A stretch of DNA of 55,618 nt, the filler included, from Platydemus manokwari (Eukaryota), in the NCBI GenBank assembly GCA_037951405.1. It is 5 parts of 5 records of this genome, joined end to end, with 100 filler letters (N's around TTAATTAATTAA, not from the genome) between each part and the next. Parts side by side here need not be neighbours in the genome. Positions count along the whole stretch, not along the records: positions 44,556 to 55,618 come from JBBMOY010936641.1; 4 more parts are not named here. The stretch is one strand, 5' to 3'. This document shows positions 50,052 through 55,618 of the stretch, in pieces; positions within the stretch are counted from its first letter, which is position 1, and the number at the start of each line of letters is the position of its first letter. Position numbers and translations under genes: made by a program. The notes below the pieces were generated by a model, which did not search any database, had not been told where the DNA came from, and saw only the letters and a program-made list of their open reading frames with translations.

Positions 50052-53000
50052 CTATGCGTGGCTCATCGCAATAGACAGCAATGCCATTCTCACATAGAGC
50101 CCATATTCAGCTTGCCTGAAATATGCAGCCCTAGGATCACTATCGAACGACGTGCTGATTTCTCCACATCTCGGTAACGGGTGCATGACAATCATCTTTT
50201 TCTTGGCCAATGTCATCAATTCGGGCGTGATGGTATTTCTTTCGATCGCTTTCACGTCCACGTTGTCACCGTCCCCAATGCGTTCTTTCTGCACCCTGGT
50301 CATGTAGACGACATCGGAATCCTTTAAAGCACTCTCTAAGCTGAAACGATTTGAAAAAAAAATCAATAAATAAATAGCTATTCGATTGGTCATCAAACTT
50401 CGCCATTTCCTCCTGATATATTCCCTTCGAGGCCACATAATCAACAATGCCCTTTGGCATTTTCATGGAATCGCAGTGGGCCACATATCGAAGCTTCACA
50501 TTGTACAGGCAGAGCAGCTTCGCCAAACTATGGACCGTTCGTCCGTTTGCCAAATCGCCAACCATTGTTATGGTGAGATTGTTTACCGTGCCGAATTCTT
50601 CTCTGATGGTGAAAACATCCAGCAAAGCCTGAGTCGGATGCTCTCCCGAACCATCGCCGGCATTGATAATCGGTTTGGAGCTTATTTGACTGGCGGTGTT
50701 GATAGCACCATTGGTGGGATGCCTGATAACGAGGCAGTCGGAATATGAGGACATCATCCGAATAGTGTCCTCCAATGTTTCACCTTTCGTGGTGGAGCTC
50801 GTACTTTCATTGAAAACCATAACGGAGCCTCCCAATTTTTGCATCGCCGCCGTGAACGAGCAGCTCGTCCTCGTACTAGCTTCATAGAACATCAGAGCCA
50901 AAACCTTTCCCACACACAAATGGCTCAGTGATTCATTGCGCTCCAACATGATGTGGAAATTGTGAGCGTTGTGCAAAATGTGGTTCACCCTGGCCTTGTC
51001 CAATCCATTTACAGTGAGAAAATGATGTCCGGAAATCTCTTTATTGTATAATTCGTTGATTTGAATCTTTTTCGTTATGGTGGTGGGTATTATCTTTGGT
51101 GTCACAGCACCGGCACCACCCAAACTGGCGTCATCTGATGTGATGTCGGTGCTAATGAAAGATACTTGTGCTGTTTCCTCCTAAATCGATAAAATTATTA
51201 AAAGGTAACCCACAACCATTTCCATGGATTTACATCGTATTTACAAACACTGGAAAAAAGCCTAGATCGCTTTCCGGTGGGCACAATCGTTTTGACGAAC
51301 TTCTGAGCAACATTTCGTCCACTACCCTGTTCTCCCAAAACTGAAAGATGTCAATAATATCGATAATAATCAAAATCAAACGAGAAAATCAATACATTTG
51401 CCATCAACAAAAACCAATTTGTTATTCAACATAACTCTTTTAACTCGACCGCAAACCTTTCTACCATGAAATGGACTCCAGTTGGCCTTGGTCTCGTAAC
51501 CAGTTGTCACACCGATGGTCCATTCTTCAATGAGATCAACCTCCACCCACGTGTCAGAATCCGGTGGAGGAAGATTGAATATTTTTCTCGGATTTGTCGA
51601 TAATCTTTCAACAATTTGCTAGAAATAAATCCATTTTTAAATCGCCACTATCAATCAAATCAATTTATATATAATCATTCACCTCGAGAGATATGCGACC
51701 TTTGGAATGTGCGTCGAGTAACATGGGGAGCATTGTCTCCAATCCCGGATAACCAGGCGGAGAATTGTTCGATAATTTCTCTTCCATTGTGTGAGGTGCG
51801 TGATCAGTAGCGAAACAATCAATAATATCGAGATTTTTCCACAGTGCTTCGATATCCTCTTCCATTCCAAGACTCGGTTTGACATTTTCTGAATGGTTAT
51901 TATTTATTGGAAAGTAAAATCAATAATTCTATCACTGATTTCATTTGATAGAGCACTGTCGCTAAGAAACAAATGATGAGGTGCTACTTCACACGTCACT
52001 TTCAATCCGCTTGCTTTGGCCATACGAATCAATTCAATCTCCTGTTTCCTGGACACGTGACAGATATGGACTCGTCGATTGTACATTTGAGCTAAGAGAA
52101 TGACAGCAGCCATTGTTTCACCTTCGGCATGACAACAAATCGGTCGATTGTCGGGAAAATTCTTCAACAAACAACACCATATATCAAATCGATTTGTCAG
52201 AGAAGCAATACCTCGAAATGTTTAACCCAGTTTGAGATATTTGTCATTTGCAAAGTGGTGAATGTTGGATTGAGATACATTTTCAACCCAATAGCCTCGG
52301 GTGCTAATTCGATTAAGGACTTTGAATTGTCATTGGATGCGCCGATATAGATTCCGTAATCGCAATACGACAGAGAGCTAGCTCGTTTCTTGACCAATTC
52401 AAACGATTCCAGATCAGTAATAGCTGGATTTGTATTTGGCATGGCGAAAATAGTAGTGATACCGCCAGCAATGGCTGCCTTGGTAACGGTGCTCCAATCT
52501 TCCTTGTGTGTCTGACCGGGATCTCTAGTGTGAACATGAACATCAATAAGCCCAGGAAACCGAAAGATTTTCTGTGACGTAATGCAATCCATTGTCGGAC
52601 TTGCAATACAGGCTTTCGGACGCAGAATGAATTTCCTCAAAGCACTGACAAGCATTTTGGTGCATTTCACATTGGTTATCAGTGCAACTCCATAATCCAC
52701 AGCTAATCGACGATTCCTGTAGCCTGGAAATCATAAAAAAAACCCAGAGAACTTACAGTAATAATCGAACAAATTACCATTGGTCATTATACACGAAGCT
52801 CGACGAAGGCCGGAATTTCTCTTTGGTAAATTGATAAAGAGATCAATCTCGTTCTGAACGATATAATCGGTGATTGTTTTCGCTTTCGATTCATACTGAT
52901 CGCCATTATCGCCTTCTCTGTGATCCCAGTCGACACCGGTCACTTCGATACCCGATTCCAGATAGAAATCTGCGGTACCCAAACTGGCAAACAATTTATA

Positions 53001-55386
53001 ACCCAATCCATGCAACTGACGCACGGAATCGAGTAGCTCTTTCTTGAGCTTATAGCTTCCAATGGATAAGAAAACGTTTCCTCCTTTTCTTGGAAATTTT
53101 AATCCCTGTGCTAATTGAGCCTTTAAATATGCTTCGTGACGATCTTCTCCGAAACAGGCAACCTCGCCCGTGCTAGACATTTCCACACCGAGAAGCACAT
53201 CTGCACCAGGCAATCTGGAAAATGAAAATACTGGAACCTGAAATGAAGATTTTGGTTAAAAACCACTTGGACAAACGATTCCCCATACTTTCACGGCAAC
53301 TCGATCTGGTTCTCCTTGGAGAAATTCACAATCCTGACACAAGGGTTCGGACATGATGGCACGAGTTGCAGCAGCAATCATATTGTATCCCAAAGCTTTC
53401 GAAACGAATGGGAATGAGCGACTGACGCGCAAATTGCACTCAATCACCAGCAGATTGTCGTCCTTAGCTATCAGCTGCATATTTAACGGACCACTGACGT
53501 TGAGCTCCTGGGCAATAACTTTCACAATATATTCGATCTTTTGAAGAGTGATTTCATTCATATCTTGAGGTGGTGTGACTAGCGTTGCGTCCCCGGAATG
53601 AACACCGGCATTCTCCACATGTTCCGACACTGCCCATCTTAATATTTTCCCACCATAAGCCACAGCATCCACATCGATTTCTTTGGCATCTTCAATGAAT
53701 TTGCTAATGACGACTGGGTGATCTTTATTGACAGCAACTGCTTGGTTTAAATAATCGATAAGATCTGATTCAGAGAACGCAACATTCATTGCAGCTCCCG
53801 ACAGAACGTAGCTTGGACGCACCAAACACGGATACTGGACGTCATTACAGAAATTAATAGCTGATTTCGTATTTGTCAATTCCTTCCATTTCGGTTGGGA
53901 CACCCCAATAGAATCAAGCATCCTTGAGAATTTAAATCGATTTTCTGCATTATCAATGCAAATAGGACTCGTCCCGAATATCGGTATCTTTTCTCTGTGC
54001 AATCCCATGGCAATATTGTTTGGCAGTTGGCCTCCCATGCTGACGATAACTCCATCAGGTTGTTCGAAATGGAAAATCTCCAATACTGTTTCCAGACTAA
54101 TTTCCTCGAAATACAAATGGTTGCACATATCATAATCGGTGGACACCGTTTCCGGGTTGCAATTGACCATAATGGTTTTCTTTTTCATTTTACTCAATTC
54201 TTTGATCGATTCCACAGCGCACCAATCAAACTCAACGCTTGATCCTATTCGGTATACTCCTGATCCCAACACCATGATGTAGCCGCTTTCAAATGACAAA
54301 TCGTGATCGACACCACTGTACGACAAGTACAAGTAATTCGTTTCACATGGCCATTCAGCAGAAACGGTATCGATTTGATGAACAAAAGGTCGAATTCCAT
54401 AATCGATTCTAGACTTCCTTACTGCCATTTCCGTCGATTTGATGGCTTCTGCAATTTGAATGTCACAAAATCCCAAAATTTTAGCTTGATGCAAAACGTC
54501 TTTGGACAGATGAGTTCCACTCTACAGTAATCAAATCAACCATAACTCATCATCAAACACAACATTTCAAACATCACCTGCTCCATAATGTTCAAGTGCT
54601 TGATAATTTTCGAAAACTTATAAAGAAACCATTTATCGATCTTTGTCAATTCGTGAATCTCCTTGACAGAGACACCTTGTTTCAAAGCATTAGCAAGCAC
54701 CAGCATTCTTTTATCGGTCGGGCTGGACAGTCCGGTTTTGGTAAACTCTTCAACATACGGATCGAAACCGTTTACTTTATCATTCATCATTCTCAATGCT
54801 TTCTGGAATGCTTCTTCGAATCCTCTGCCAACTGACATTACTTCACCAACACTTTTCATAGAACTACTGATTTTGTTACAAACCTTTAGGGAAATAACAA
54901 AAAAATAATTGTCAATCATCTCATTATCCATGGATTTCTTACTCGAGTGAACTTATCAAGATCCCATCGCGGTATTTTAACAACACAATAATCCATACTC
55001 GGCTCAAAGCAAGCAGTCGTACTGGATGTCACAGAATTTCTTAGTTCGACCAATGATTTACCAATACCTAGTTTTGCAGCTACATATGCCAGTGGATAAC
55101 CAGTGGCCTTGCTAGCGAGAGCTGAACTTCTCGACAATCTGGCATTGACTTCGATAATATAGTATTTATGAGAATGGGGATCGAGAGCGTATTGAATGTT
55201 ACATTCCCCCACCACACCTAAATGTCTAACAACTTTAATGGCACACGTCCTTAACATATTGTATTCATAATTGGACAACGTTTGACTTGGTGCAACGACA
55301 ACAGATTCACCGGTATGAATTCCCAACGGATCGATATTTTCCATATTGCATACGGTTATGCAATTATCATATGCATCTCGAACGAC
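50052..55386 (-). CDS. CAD: CAD multifunctional pyrimidine enzyme (CPS large chain, MGS, dihydroorotase, aspartate transcarbamylase); 5'-partial
   Basis: Exons: 55386-54943, 54883-54578, 54521-53289, 53237-52778, 52723-52212, 52161-51936, 51888-51683, 51618-51396, 51340-51249 (donor slightly ambiguous), 51180-50399, 50340-50052. Motifs: [79 protein letters not shown]. The gene continues beyond the window. Confidence 0.98.
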
Positions 55387-55557
55387 CTATGGGATAATTG
55401 CCGTTAGTATAGATTTATAATCGTGCTACAAAGAGATATGAGAAAGATTCAATGGAATAGGGTTAATGTAAACCCATCACGACAAATAACTGATGGAAAC
55501 GGATGAAAATGCTTTAAATTGTAATAGATGAGCAATGTTTACACGTTGGATCTCATA

Positions 55558-55595
55558 ACACACACACACACATACACACACACACATATATATCT
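55558..55595. repeat. (CA)n/(TA)n microsatellite in a CAD intron
   Basis: Directly visible. Confidence 0.9.
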
Positions 55596-55618
55596 ATAGT
55601 TCCTAATATACCACATTA

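Noticed and set aside
50386-54908. Plus-strand ORFs antisense to CAD
   Set aside because: Shadow frames of a long, conserved coding sequence.
55400-55420. GCCGTTAG, resembling the start of the planarian spliced leader as I recall it
   Set aside because: Only 8 nt match, and on the minus strand it is the CTAAC branch-point region of a CAD intron.
1-55618. A functional cluster linking CRBN (binds uracil/glutarimide-like rings) and CAD (pyrimidine synthesis)
   Set aside because: The two genes are on different contigs joined artificially, so co-occurrence carries no information.
1-55618. tRNA, rRNA or snRNA genes
   Set aside because: None recognised by eye; tRNAscan-SE and Infernal would be needed to exclude them.

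Overview
This is AT-rich eukaryotic (animal) DNA with dense 44-60 bp introns; a free-living flatworm such as a planarian is my best guess, but that is inference only. The window is not contiguous: four identical 100-bp synthetic linkers (44 N + TTAATTAATTAA + 44 N) join five separate contigs (1-10920, 11021-23333, 23434-34864, 34965-44455, 44556-55618). Hand-splicing gives complete genes for a CRAL-TRIO/TTPA-like lipid-binding protein, cereblon (CRBN), a secreted F-type lectin + PAN-domain protein, an intronless tetraspanin and ATP synthase epsilon (absent from the ORF track). It also gives one internal exon of an MFSD4-type transporter and the 3' portion of CAD, from within the CPS domain to the stop. 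Most of the rest is decayed mobile DNA: many Gypsy-type LTR relics (two families present in several copies), a Tc1/mariner relic with one TIR, a hAT relic and a Polinton/Maverick polymerase B relic. I found no convincing wholly new biological system. The best leads are a cereblon with a ~125-aa insertion, altered IMiD-pocket residues and an abrupt GC shift; the F-type lectin-PAN fusion with an intact fucose-binding triad; the Polinton relic; a fold-back repeat; and an orphan micro-exon candidate.
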